NCBI GenBank assembly: GCA_030295235.1
Contig: AP026140.1
Coordinates: 806,001 to 870,000 of the forward strand
DNA length: 64,000 nucleotides
DNA from: Fistulifera solaris
Lineage: Eukaryota
Reading direction: 5' to 3'
The position numbers and the translations under genes were made by a program. Positions 22,532-34,500 of this stretch are shown here, piece after piece (the stretch's first letter is position 1; every line of letters begins with the position of its first letter). The notes under the pieces were generated by a model, which saw only the letters and a list, made by a program, of their open reading frames with translations, was not told the DNA's origin and ran no database searches.

Positions 22532-23938
22532 ATGATCCGAATACTGCGAAATCTGTTACGGACATTCACTTTGTTCTATCTGTTGACGCTGTACGTCGAC
22601 TCGTTCACTCCACAACAATATCGTCGATCGCATTATTGGACGAAACTACTAGCATCCCATCGCCATTTTCCCCAACGGGTCGTCGAAATTTATACCGACT
22701 ACGCCGGTCGTTTGTGGAATGAAACTGCCCCGGCCGTTCGACAAAAAATTACCAACGACAAAATCAGTGCCGCCATTCGTCATTTGCAACAAGTGTCCAA
22801 AACCAGTAATGTCTTGCCAAGCGAGACGTTACTCCAATTGGACAATGCCTGTCAATCCATGTTGAGTGCGATTGTCGCCAGTAGTACGGAGAATCAAACG
22901 GTGGTGGAAACCTTTCGAACCGAGTCGGATGCCGTGAATATTACCGTTTCATCGTCCGAAATCGCTACCGACAGTAATTCACCCGCCAAAAAGCCTCGAC
23001 GGTCCATCATGCGTGGAGTCATCATGGGAGCCATAGTCGCCGCCTGGGTCTTTTCGGGGAATTACATATTCACGGGTCTCTTTACACTCATGACAACGGT
23101 CGGTCAATTGGAGTATTACCGTATGATCATGAACACGGGTGTCTATCCGGCTCGTCGTATTTCGGTCGTCGGGGCTTGCTCCATGTTTGTGACCGCTTTG
23201 TTCTTTCCCGATCTGCACCAAATTTGTTTGCCACTATTTGGTCTTTACGCGATGGTTTGGTTTCTTACCATGCGACGATCGGTCGCGACCATTCCCGAAA
23301 TCGCCACGACATTTACCGGCATGTTTTACTTGGGTTATGTTCCCTCCTTTTGGGTACGGATACGACTCCTCGGTGCCAGCCGGGAACCCACACGTCTCGC
23401 ACCGCTACTGTCACCCTTGGTGAATTTCATTCAAGGGAAAGCCACACAGCTGCCCACTTGGATACCGCAAGCGGTGCACTTGCCGATAACAACGGGTGCG
23501 ATTTTCATCTTTTGGTCCTGGCTCTGTTTGGCGTTCAGTGACGTCGGTGCTTACTTTGTGGGAAAGAACTTTGGCAAGACCAAACTCAGTGCCATTTCAC
23601 CCGCCGCGGGGGCCGCCAGTCCCAACAAGTCACTGGAAGGTGTCATTGGCGGGTGCGTCGTGAGTGGTTGCTTGGGGGTACTTGGGGCTTGGGTGATGCG
23701 ATGGCCCTTTTTCTTCTGGACCGGAGCGATTCATGGCGTCATGTTAGCACTACTGGGGTTACTGGGGGATCTGACGGCGTCCATGCTTAAAAGAGATGCC
23801 GGTTTAAAGGATTTTGGTGATCTTATTCCGGAACACGGAGGGGTCCTTGACCGAGTGGATAGCTTTGTCTGGAGTGCGCCCTATTCATGGCTTGTTTGTG
23901 CCTACATTATACCGTTCCTCAAGTCAATTACAACTTGA
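22532..23938 (+). CDS. cdsA: Phosphatidate cytidylyltransferase (CDP-DAG synthase), plastid-type
   Basis: SDVGAYFVGK.FGKTKL...SPNKSLEG...GDLTASMLKRDAGLKDFGDLIPEHGGVLDRVDS. Leader MIRILRNLLRTFTLFYLLTLYVDS-FTP. Confidence 0.92.
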   Translation: MIRILRNLLRTFTLFYLLTLYVDSFTPQQYRRSHYWTKLLASHRHFPQRVVEIYTDYAGRLWNETAPAVRQKITNDKISAAIRHLQQVSKTSNVLPSETLLQLDNACQSMLSAIVASSTENQTVVETFRTESDAVNITVSSSEIATDSNSPAKKPRRSIMRGVIMGAIVAAWVFSGNYIFTGLFTLMTTVGQLEYYRMIMNTGVYPARRISVVGACSMFVTALFFPDLHQICLPLFGLYAMVWFLTMRRSVATIPEIATTFTGMFYLGYVPSFWVRIRLLGASREPTRLAPLLSPLVNFIQGKATQLPTWIPQAVHLPITTGAIFIFWSWLCLAFSDVGAYFVGKNFGKTKLSAISPAAGAASPNKSLEGVIGGCVVSGCLGVLGAWVMRWPFFFWTGAIHGVMLALLGLLGDLTASMLKRDAGLKDFGDLIPEHGGVLDRVDSFVWSAPYSWLVCAYIIPFLKSITT

Positions 23939-24613
23939 GCGTCATCGAATGAGTGACATTGAATCTATCCACCATAATGCTATTATTTGATTTTCTTTAG
24001 AACTGTAACCTTGATTATAGGTTATTACTCATTGACCTTGATAGCTAAAAATCAGGCAAGTCTCATAGCGCACACTTCTTAGAAATAGCAAGCCTGGCCA
24101 ACCTCGCGGCTCTAACAGGCCGTAACCGTAACGCCTTAACCCTTGTAGTGAATGAACGTAATCTAGAACTTTCCAACTTCAACAGAAACACTTATAGTCC
24201 CACCGCATTTATAACAGTAAACTTACATTGAATAACCTTAGTGAGATGTGAGATCACGCTGGAGAAGAAGACGTTTCTTATCCTGACTGGTGATGTCACA
24301 CTCTGTTATTTCTCACTGTTGCACATAACGGACGAGTTTAACGCATAACCGCACTCGCTAACCGGTAAAGAAGATATATTTTATATAGAGAAATGAAACC
24401 CGCTTTCTTCAGCACTATGGCTAAATTGTAGACGAAGCTCTCGACGATCCGCATTGTGTTGAAAGTTGAAACCACATCGCGTGCTTTTTGTTTTCGCCCT
24501 TATTTTCTCCATTCCATCATTGGTCGATACAACCCATTGCGATTCATATATTTGCCAACCCTTAATTAATAGAGCATCAAAAAAACTACAGTTTTTTTAG
24601 CTGAGTCGAGATA

Positions 24614-26280
24614 ATGGTCCTTTCTTATATCCTCCCGAGCTCTGAGACGGGGTCGGAAAAGCCAGAGGCCAAGTGAGTAACGCAACGAGATTCCGATGCA
24701 TTTTTCTTTAAATTTCCGCCGGCTAACCAAACGAACTATGTTCGCAATAAATGTAGAAAGGGACTGCGCATGTCTGCTTTATTTCTAGGTGAAGTTCGAG
24801 ATGGTAAGTAGAGCATGGTGCAATAGAATTATTGCGCGTCAACGAAGACTTAAAATTGTTTTCGAACAGGTTTGACCATGATCAATATGCAAAGCGCGTT
24901 CTTGATCGTCTCGAAGCAGTACACGGAAAAGCAAGCAGGTATCCTCTTTTTCGGTAAGTTTCTTCCGTGCTAAATAAATTAAATTCTCCTCTGCTTCTCA
25001 TAAAGAACAAATCATCAACTGCGATCAGTGTTCGGTATGAGCCAATTTCTATTCCAAGCCCCTGCAGGTTATCTCTATGACTACACCGAACAAAAGGTGT
25101 TGTGGTTATCGACTGCAGCGGTATCCACTACCTTACTCACAGTCATTACCGCCATGTTTGCGGCTCCCAATGGGGGCAATCTCGCCTTTATGATTTTGAT
25201 CAAATTCCTACAGGGCGCCGTGACGTCGTTTATTCCTCCTGGACTCAATAGCATTACCCGCGGCATTGTCGGTGGGAACGGAATGACCGAGCAAGTGTCG
25301 GTCAACGAAATGATGAATCATCTGGGAACTGCGATTATTGTTTTCATTGGATCATTGGTTGGCTACTATATGTACCCTAGCCTCGGCCTTTTGTTTCTAG
25401 TGAGCCCCATTGCTTGTTTGGGTGCGCTCCTCTCGTTGCAGTCCATTCCGAAGCAAGACATTGACCATGCTGCAGCGCGTGGGTTGGAAAGTACGGCAGA
25501 ACAATCCACAGACAACAATTACGTTTCGGCAGAAGATAGTAAGGCGAGTGCCGACGGTGCCGCCGATTCGGATGTTATCATGGCAGCTCAGGCAGAAAGT
25601 CCGTGGACGGTACTCCGTGATCCTATCTTATTGCTTTTCATATTGGCGGTTTTTTCTTTTCACATGTCAAATGGAACCGTTCTTCCCTTGGTGATGCAAA
25701 CATTGGCCTTGGGAGGAGGCGGCGGGGGGATTCTCATGAGTGGTCTTTGTATCATTGTAGCCCAGTTATTCATGGTGGCCAGCGCACGAACCTGTGGTGA
25801 ATACTCGGGTAAATACGGACGCAAGAAGCTCTTCTTGATCGGCCTTTTCTCCGTTCCGGTCCGGTGCTTGATCCTCACATTACTGGTTCGCCTACGAGAT
25901 ACCCAAGGGCTGGAAGGGTCTACTTTGTTGAAGGTCGTCATTCTCTCCACGCAAATGCTAGACGGCGTCGGCGCTGGTGTTTTCGGAACCATGTATATTC
26001 TAGTGACCAGTGATTTGAGTCAGGGTTCGGGACGTTTCAGTTTCATCTTGGGACTTACTACGGCCGCCATGTCCATTGGTGGAACGGTATCCGGATATTT
26101 GGGTGAAGCACTGGCGCAAGATCTGGGATACGAAAGCGCCTTTTTCATCTTAATGATACTTTCCCTCGCTCCTGCCCTTCTCTACACATTCTTCATGCCA
26201 GAAACGTTGAGTATGAAAGATCCTGTAACGGAGGGCGGGGAAGAGAGCCGAGCAAGACATCGTACAAGGAACTGCTCTAG
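24614..26280 (+). CDS. Major facilitator superfamily transporter; 3 introns
   Basis: GT-AG introns 24673-24756, 24804-24869 and 24954-25028 give a continuous frame. Multiple TM helices, GKYGRKKLF motif-A-like, terminal MPET. Probable frameshift near 26240 with true end ...SYKELL* at 26280. Confidence 0.85.
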
Positions 26281-26369
26281 ATTTGTTTGGAATTACCCCT
26301 GCCACGTTAAAAACAACAGTAAAAATAGCCAAGAATTTTTTGTATCGTTTCGAAACGGCCGTCTAGGAT

Positions 26370-27043
26370 CTATTCGTTGGCTTCGGAGGGGTCGAATACC
26401 GTTCCCTCGTTATTTTCTCCATACAAATGAAACAACGACGGTATCCATCGCTGGGCGGAAAACGAGGCACAGGTTGTGCGTCGCTGATCTTTACCATCTT
26501 CCCACATTACCACTCCACGTGTCAAACTTCCTTTGCCATACCATCGACGCGATAACCAGCGTCCGGGAGAAAAATGACCCATCAATCGACATTGCATCCG
26601 TAGTGTTCCTTTTTGGAGTATAGTGTTGGATGCTCTTTGCACACGAGTGTACGACGTCAATACCAATTCATCGTAATAGCGATCGGTGACACAGTAGGGA
26701 TTGGCATGGATATTCCACTTGCCACGAATCTCCAAAACACCGTGATTCTGTTGGGGTTGTAAATGAAAGGTTCGGTTGGAGTACATGTGCAAACGACAGG
26801 GATGTTGTTTGGTGAAAATGCCGATCGTCGTCGTTTCGCAGTGACGGTTTCTTGTGTTTGAGGAGGAAATAGCCGAGAATGAAACCATTCTTCCGGACAA
26901 TGCAGTTGAAGATCCCATGTCCCGATGAGCAATTCGTTGGAATCCAGCATTCGACCGATGCAAGGTGTGGTAGTTAGTAGCAGTAGTAAGAGGATGGCCA
27001 ATAACCGTGGAATGGGAAGCCCAGGTTGATGCGGTATTCTCAT
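26370..27043 (-). CDS. Hypothetical secreted protein; frameshift near 26815-26818
   Basis: Signal peptide RLLAILLLLLLTTTPCIG. ORF 26657..27043 joins the frame of 26370..27056 (RGKWNIHANPYCVTDRYYDELVL). Confidence 0.6.
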
Positions 27044-27249
27044 GCTGGATGGACACAGTACGTGTCGAAACGATGATTCAATTCAGTTTACAAAGCAACA
27101 AAATATTGCCAGATACACAAGTTTACCGTCTGCTTTACCAGGTATTATTGGTTGGTTTCCGAGGACGCAATAAAAGTTGAAAAACGCACATCCTAAACCA
27201 TTCGTGAATGAGAAGCATTCGTGAAAGGAAAGGTCATCTTATTTTTCGA

Positions 27250-27435
27250 TCTATTTATAATAGCGTCTATTTATAATAGCGCGCTGTCCGTGTGTGTGTG
27301 TGTGTGTGTGTGTCACGTCGGTCCCGGTTGTTCAATCCCGAGTGTGACGCTATCCCCGGGGATCGAGCCCCCCGCTTGCGGGAAGGGCGAGAACGAAAAA
27401 AAGCCCCCGTAGGGCTAGGCGCCGCAGGCGGCTAG
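27250..27435 (+). mobile_element. Short non-autonomous Helitron-like element (186 bp)
   Basis: Begins TC after an A and ends CTAG before a T, with no target-site duplication. GC-rich subterminal hairpins, internal (GT)12 and a duplicated 16-bp 5' end. Confidence 0.65.
27290..27313. repeat. (GT)12 microsatellite within the Helitron-like element
   Basis: Direct reading; the only long dinucleotide repeat I saw in the window. Confidence 0.95.
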
Positions 27436-27617
27436 TAATAATAATAAGCGGCACACACAATGAACACCGGTCAGACACTGGGTCACGAGACGCGGTCATT
27501 ATTTCGCATTATGCAAAGAAAGACAAAAACAAAAAAACAGGATCCGAAACATAAAACAAGGGACCCGACATTGACCATCTCTTGCCCTTCCTTTTCATTC
27601 CGAGAAGCCAATACAAG

Positions 27618-29122
27618 ATGATACATCGAAGAGGAAGATTAGAGAAGGGCTCGCCCTCTCCGAGTCGAACATTATTTCCCGAGGAAGATGACGACAAAAA
27701 TCCCAAAGCGAATCGTCGTTATTTGCAACTGTTTCTTCTGGCGACAGCGATCGTGTCCATTATGTATGTCGTAGTCTTTGTGGCTCCATCTCCACATGTT
27801 CATTTAGCGCACGTCGAAACTGTTTCACACCCAACGGTAGAAAAAGACAAACGCTGGGATCCGGCACCCCGCGACGAAACTGGCGTACACTATCACATTG
27901 TCTTTTCGACCGGTTGCTCCATTTATCAAGACTGGCAATCCTTTGTGTTCTTTTATCATGCCATGGCAGTCAATCAACCGGGTACTGTCACGCGCATCGT
28001 TTCGGGTTGCAATGAAGAAGAGGAAAGCACCTTGCAGGCACTTTTTGATCAACAAATCAAACCCATGGCACCGGAACGCTTCAAAATACACTTTACACCC
28101 GATTATTCCAATGTTAAGGGCGGGAAAACAAAATTTGTTTATTTCAATAAACCATTCGGTATGCGACATTGGTTACAAACTGCCCTCGGGTTCCCCTACG
28201 AGCCCATTGACGAAGACTCGATTGTCGTCTTGATGGATCCCGACCAACTCATTTTACGACCCTTCCGAAACAATGATTTTACCAATACGCAATGGAAATT
28301 TGTGCCGCCCGATCAGAAACCAAGAACGAAAATCGAACACGGCTATCCCATGGGTCAATTGTATGGCTTTGCGTTGCAATGGAAACAGAAAATTGACATG
28401 ACGTTGGTCTCACCGAACGAGCCGTCCCCCGTGACGACTATGTCCAATGAAGAAGCCCGTGCGGGTTATATTGTGGGACCTCCGTACATTGCTACTGGTA
28501 AGTTATTGATGTTTGGTACGTGTCGTTACTGTGGCACAAAACTCACTCCTTCTATAAATTCATTAAATCAGCTCGTGACATGTACAAAATTGTGAGCAAA
28601 TGGTGTGAATTCGCTCCGGCCGTGCACGACCAATATCCCTACCTGTTGGCGGAAATGTTTGCGTATTGCTTAGCGGCAGCCCATTTACGATTGGCCCACC
28701 AAACGGCCACCAGTTTCATGATCTCCGATGTTGGGGTCGGAGCGGGCGGAGAAGGATGGGGTTACATCGACCAGATCCCCGATAACGAAATCTGTTCGCC
28801 CAAATCCGTCGAGGAACTGCCCAATGTCATTCATTTCTGTCAGCGGTACGGTTTGGGCAAATATTTCTTTGGAAAACGACGATTACCAAAAGACTTTTTG
28901 TCCTGTGAAGCACCCTTGTTGAAGGAACCGACCTTGGAAGAAATTCAAACGGATCATGTCGATTGGCCGACGGGAGATGGGAAAGATTGGTCGGTAGAAC
29001 ACGGCAAACGCAATCGCTTCGTGTTGTGCAACTTAATACCGGCCTTGAATGCGGCGGCGGAGTATTACAAGAAGCACAATTGTGATGGTCAAGCGAATTT
29101 CGAACGGACGTACATGTTTTAA
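27618..29122 (+). CDS. Type II membrane glycosyltransferase, peptidyl-serine galactosyltransferase / Hyp-arabinosyltransferase-like; 1 intron
   Basis: HIVFSTGCSIYQDWQS, TVTRIVSGC, YFNKPFGMRHWL, DPD (DxD), LLAEMFAYCLAAAHL. N-terminal TM anchor; intron 28498-28571. Confidence 0.8.
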
Positions 29123-29454
29123 TGATAATGGTATGTTATCCATCGACGATTTAGACATTCTGAGAAATTCATTATTACTAATGCAGGGTGGTCGTATCGA
29201 TATTGGTATTTAAGCAATGCGTTTTAGCTATAGCTGCCCTTAGCCCTTAGCCCTTCCTTATTGAAAGACCGTAACCTTACCGTACTCCGAACGTCTGCAC
29301 GTCGATCGCATCCCTGTAAACCTTTTTTTCCTTTTTCAAAAAAAAATTATCGCACAAAAAACCCTTGTTTTGTCTTTAATTATGAAAGGGACAACAATGA
29401 ACCCCTGATGAACACGTCGAGCAGCTTTCTTAATTCCGTACTATCGTATATGTC

Positions 29455-29994
29455 ATGAGCCGATCCACCAGCGAGCAGGGCAACCCGCAGGAGAGCAGTG
29501 TTAATACTTTCTGGCCCTCTTTGTCCGCACAATTGTCACACTATGCGACGCCCGGAAATGTTTTGTTGGCATCGAGTTTCCCCTTTTGTTACCGAGCCTA
29601 TCGTGATTATCACAAATACTCGCAAATGATTTTACAAGCGCCGCATTCTTCCGACAACAAGCTCGGGATGATGGTCGCATCAAGGGCTTTGGGAATTGCG
29701 ACGCGAGGGAGTGTCGGAGTGTTTGCTTTGGCGGGTAGTTTGGTATTCTTTTGGAATGGCTGGTCGTCCTTGTCGGATGCCGTGCATTCCACACAACAGT
29801 GGGCCCAATCACGACGACAACGGCTTCTCGACGTATTCGGTTTTAGCCATCGCCACCAGAATGATCCGGATTTTGTTGCTACAAAGGACATGACGGAGGA
29901 ACAAGCGTTAGACTATTTCACTAAGAAATACTTCCTATCACAAGAAAAAGAGACTGCAGAGAAGAATGAAAATGAAAAGGAAAATGATTCATAA
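29455..29994 (+). CDS. Small two-TM membrane protein (TMEM242/Aim11-like, tentative)
   Basis: ATG-started 179-aa ORF. ASRALGIAT..SVGVFALAG...GWSSLSD resembles the A.RAL..AT block of these mitochondrial families. Confidence 0.5.
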   Translation: MSRSTSEQGNPQESSVNTFWPSLSAQLSHYATPGNVLLASSFPFCYRAYRDYHKYSQMILQAPHSSDNKLGMMVASRALGIATRGSVGVFALAGSLVFFWNGWSSLSDAVHSTQQWAQSRRQRLLDVFGFSHRHQNDPDFVATKDMTEEQALDYFTKKYFLSQEKETAEKNENEKENDS

Positions 29995-30051
29995 CAAAGA
30001 TAAATTGATTACTATATTCTTTTTTCTTTATTTATTTATTCACAATTATTA

Positions 30052-30930
30052 TTATTCCGTCAGATAAGCCTCCATGGTTTCATCTTTGTACCACTTGACA
30101 CTCATCTTCATGTCATTCATGAGTCGAGCTCGTGTCGAACTCGCTCGTTGATTATTAACGGAAGGAGCAGATGGTCGGGATCGTGTCTGCGGCATTTGGC
30201 TCTGTTCCGACAAGAGCGCCGCGGAACGTTTTACCGCACGGAGGTTGGTGGGGACATCTTCGCGAATGCGCCACTCGAGGGCCGCGACCGGAACGGGTCC
30301 CTTGGGACGCACATCGACAACGTACGACAATTTGGTTTCCGGCATACCATCGGCACTGACACGTTCTTCTGCTTTCCATTCTCCGTCAAAGGCATTGAAG
30401 AACATACTGTCGACGCATTGAAAGGTAATCTTACGTTCCGACGCGGAAATGTAACTTTCTTTCATTTTCATCGTAACACTGGCGGCAAATTCGAAGCCCA
30501 CAATTTTTTGTGCTCCTTTTTGAAACAATATACATTCGAAGGACCCGTCTCCCGGTTGACCCGACGGTGGTCGACGGGTGATGCGCGATTCTTTCAAATT
30601 CGGTACATGTGTCGAAAGGTCATCGTACGCTGTCAAAATGCTCCATACGTCCGCCAGCGGAACCGGGGCTATAATTTCTCCAAATATACGCCGTGAACTG
30701 GGTGACGGTCGTTCAATGCGGACCGGAACCAAGTCACAGGAATCGGCATCGCCGTCGACGGCTTCATTCTGTGTCCCCCCGAACCACCACACGGCGAGGG
30801 CCGTAGTCGGCAGTTTGTTATCATAATATTGTGTAGACACGCATCTGGGAATCGGCAAAACAAATCCGTTCACCCATTGGGTGGAGAAAAGCGATAAAGA
30901 CACGAGAAATAATAGAGAACTTGTCGTCAT
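30052..30930 (-). CDS. Polyketide cyclase / START-like (Coq10-type) protein, plastid-targeted
   Basis: VWSILTAYDDLSTHVPNL.ES, FNAFDGEW, TKLSYVVDVRPK..VPVAALEWRIREDVPTNL.AV. Leader ...LFSTQWVNG-FVLP. Confidence 0.82.
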   Translation of the reverse strand: MTTSSLLFLVSLSLFSTQWVNGFVLPIPRCVSTQYYDNKLPTTALAVWWFGGTQNEAVDGDADSCDLVPVRIERPSPSSRRIFGEIIAPVPLADVWSILTAYDDLSTHVPNLKESRITRRPPSGQPGDGSFECILFQKGAQKIVGFEFAASVTMKMKESYISASERKITFQCVDSMFFNAFDGEWKAEERVSADGMPETKLSYVVDVRPKGPVPVAALEWRIREDVPTNLRAVKRSAALLSEQSQMPQTRSRPSAPSVNNQRASSTRARLMNDMKMSVKWYKDETMEAYLTE

Positions 30931-31502
30931 GGTGGGATGTGGAAGACTGGAATGCCTCCGTCTCGGATGTTTATTCATTATGTTGTGTTGCTTTGCTATT
31001 GATTGCCGTGTTATTGTTGTAAAGGATGTAGTCAGCAATGATCGGGTGACATATAGAAATGGCTGAATACCCAGGGTGATGTCAAGGAAAAGTGCCTGCC
31101 GGAACAAAGAGGAAAACGACTGGAAGGAAGGACGGTTGCGTTTCGCGACAACAACAAGAAAAGCAAAAATTGACGTGTTTTGATGTTGCGCTTTCTCGTT
31201 TGCTTACGCAAACGTGTCGTACAGAAACGTCGTATACGACCCGCCACTGTCCTTTTTCACGGACAAAAGCTGCCTGCTGTTCGTTCGTACAAGGAGTATA
31301 GGACATTCAGTAGTAGTGAAAAGATGACGTCTCTTTCATCTACGAACCAAAATTCCGATCCCTTGTCCCGGTCAGTCGTCCGTGTTGGTGTTTTCGTCGC
31401 CGCGTCGTGACTGAAATTCTATTATTTATTCACCATAACCCATAACCTAAAGTATTCTAGATATATTGCTAATGGTAACGGTATTGCTCAGCGTATTAGT
31501 TA

Positions 31503-34500
31503 TTATAAAAAATAAGTCAAGCGCAATGCACGCTGTACACGACCTAAAAAGCCATTCAGTGGGTTGTCGGCCGCGCGGGTGGCACGTTGATACGGAGAAC
31601 GCGGCAATTTGACGGGAGCTCGGACCAACGATGTCGCAGACCCATCGTCCGCAGCCAGCAACGATACAACGTGATTCCATTCTTGGAATCGAATATGAGA
31701 TGAAAATTCCAAGCTCAGACGATCTCGACCTCTGTGAGAATAGTATTCGGACCAGAACCAAAGCACTTCGCGGAAGTTTCGTAAAACGTCCGTTCGATCG
31801 CCGACGTGTTGTTTCCCAATCGTCAAAATGGATGCGCGGCGGGCATACGAGGGCGTGTCTTTTTCCTTATTGAGATCAAGGTGTCGCATGGCTTGAACGA
31901 AAGCACGATCCACAATATCGTCTTCCTCTTTCGGCGATCGTTGTTTCGCATCCTTTTCTTCACTGCTCAATGTTCGAAGCTCCTCCAGTAATCCGGCAAG
32001 TTGTTGACGGCGATTCGCAAATATTGCAACGACAACAGCAGTGTTGAGACAGCAGATGTTCTCGTGATTGATGTTTTTGAGATCGACCACGCTAAGCAAG
32101 TCTCGAAGAAGTCGCGTTTGATTCACCGCTAGAAACCAAGCAAGTCGCTCCAAGCTATTCGGAAGAAAAGTGTTTGGCGCAAGCGATTCGCCAGCAGGAG
32201 TGAAGACCCATCCGAAATGCCCCACGTTTCCGTGTAAGCCGGATGGAAGTGTAGTAGAAACAGCAGAGCACGAGGCATTTGTCCTGATCACACTATCCAG
32301 AGAAGGAAACCAGTCGGTCGGACGCACCTCAAAACTCATATCCCTTTCTTTTCCGGTCGCTTCAACGAGACTTAATGGAGTAGCTTCCCACCACGAGTGA
32401 GTGAGATAAGACCGTGAGGCACTGCCTTCCGTGCTCGTCCAGCCATGAGAGGAAATATGATTGCTTTTGTCAATGTAGATAGGATGCTGACCTCGGCGAG
32501 CGGTAAAACGCTCCAAACTTAGTAAAGAGACCTTATGAAGACATTAGAGTCGACAAGATTTGCGGCGGCAACGCTCATAAACTTTCTAAATCTTTCTTCG
32601 TCCATGTCCATAATTAAAAGTCGGACTACCTCCGCGTTACCTTTGATCAGCTCCCCCAGAAGATCGAAAGACGTCTGAAGACTTCCGGCGCAATGGAGTC
32701 TATCACACGAAACCTCAGTGATTAAGTGGTCGAGCAGCCCTGATCGAGCGGTGAACATCTGTTCCTTTGGAGAAGATCCACGAAGGTAGGATTCGATGCA
32801 GCTTGCTAACCAGAATCGGTAAGGTGATTCGTCTGACTCTCTCATGAAAGCCTCTATGATCTTCAGTAACAACCCTTTTTTCGGTAGTCTTTCCGAATTT
32901 TGGGTCAACCCATCCTCACCAAACAAGTCTAAATTTTCCGACTCGCTAAGCAGCAAGCGCCGGCCGGCGTAGTTGTCACAGTCTCTGTCACAGAAATTGT
33001 GCAACAACCTTAAATATTGCACACACAATGCGCTTTCTGGGGTGCACTCGCACCCTGGACCATGTATTCCGTTCGGCTGGTCGCCGTCACTTCGCTCCTG
33101 AGACGCACTATCCTCGTCGCTTTGAGTTGAAGATCGATACCATGGTAATCTTTGGAACATATCATTGAGGACAGAAATAACACCCAAATCTTGAAGTAGA
33201 TCCTGGGCATCCAATTTGCGACGACCTCCAAGAAGCGTGCATAAAACAAAAGAACTTCCACTTGGAAAGGACCTAGAAGCATTGCGTTGAATTGAAGGGA
33301 GTTCGCAGCGTCTTGAGGGGTGTTGATCAAATGACCCGTACTCGCTTCCGATCCAACTGGACCGAGACCTACACCCATTAGTATTTCGCTTTGATCATTG
33401 GAATCCCTTCGTCGGTCTTCGTTCTGGTAGAGTCTACTAGCTAAAATCTGATCAGTCAAAATTCCTGCCACGGATGCTAGACCCTGTATAGCATGATCAT
33501 CGACTCCGGCACTACCCGCGGACCTCTGACCTTCTCTGGTACGTTGCGATCGACGCCTGGTTGTGCGATCTCTTCCGACAATAACGCCTGCTTGTTGCGC
33601 CGCAGATATTACACTTATTATGTGTCCCATCTGATTTTGTCCCCCTTGGCGCGTATCGGACAAAGTCTCAGAAAGCCCTCCAGCATTTCCGCGACAGATC
33701 CCAAATCGCTCAATGCGACATCTGAATCTTGTGCAGACAAACGATCCTCGACTACCAGCAATCTCCTCGCTAATCGATTTTGTCGTTCGGTTTCCGAAAA
33801 ACTTTCAAGCTCTCCAAGTCCCAGCATTACCAAGGTCTCCGCGATAAATGGATACTGCGCCATTATGTGGTATGCGGAGAAGCGACGAAGGGGTGGTGCA
33901 TAATTCATAATTCGTAAGAGTTGAAGCAACCGCCCCACAAGAACGGGGTCGCCGAGAACAATAGATTGATTCATGTCAACAGTGGAATCTTTACCAGCGC
34001 GCGCTGCACGGTTTCGTCTTAGTTGGAGAAGCTCTAGTGACTTCAAAACAGCTGGACTTTCCAGCAGTTGCCGATCTTCGGGTTCAAAAATTAAAAGAGC
34101 TAAAATGCGACAGAAGTGTGCTAGCTGTCGGCAACTCAGGCTACGCCAGAGACCGTAGAGATCGGGTACGTTCCCAAGAAAAAATGTGGTAGCAGGCCGT
34201 ATTCGTCCTGTCGGTGTATAAGATGGTGATTCTCCTGGACTCGGTGTAGGCTGACTGAACTGAGACATTAAACTCAAAATCTCTTCAATCAAAGAGGCAG
34301 CATGGTCGAAACATGGATCATGTGAAAGTAGAGTGAAAAGAAATGGCAAAAGTCTCCGCTATCATCTAGTGCCTCATCAGTCACAAGGGAGGGAATGAAA
34401 TAAACGAGATCACGCAAAGCTTGCAACGCATCATTCCAACAATTAGCCAGCCGACTCGCAACAATCTCCTTGCTTAAATTGCGGGCATCATTAGAAGCGG

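Noticed and set aside
26281..26623. C-terminal extension of the MFS ORF overlapping the convergent gene
   Set aside because: Non-MFS-like sequence antisense to another gene; a 1-nt shift near 26240 gives a natural stop at 26280.
27314..27375. tRNA-derived SINE interpretation of the GC-rich element (GTTCAATCCC is B-box-like)
   Set aside because: No A box at the proper spacing, no cloverleaf and no TSD. The TC...hairpin-CTAG ends at A|T fit a Helitron better, though a SINE is not fully excluded.
29237..29256. Interstitial telomere
   Set aside because: Only 2-3 imperfect units; treated as part of the dispersed intergenic motif instead.
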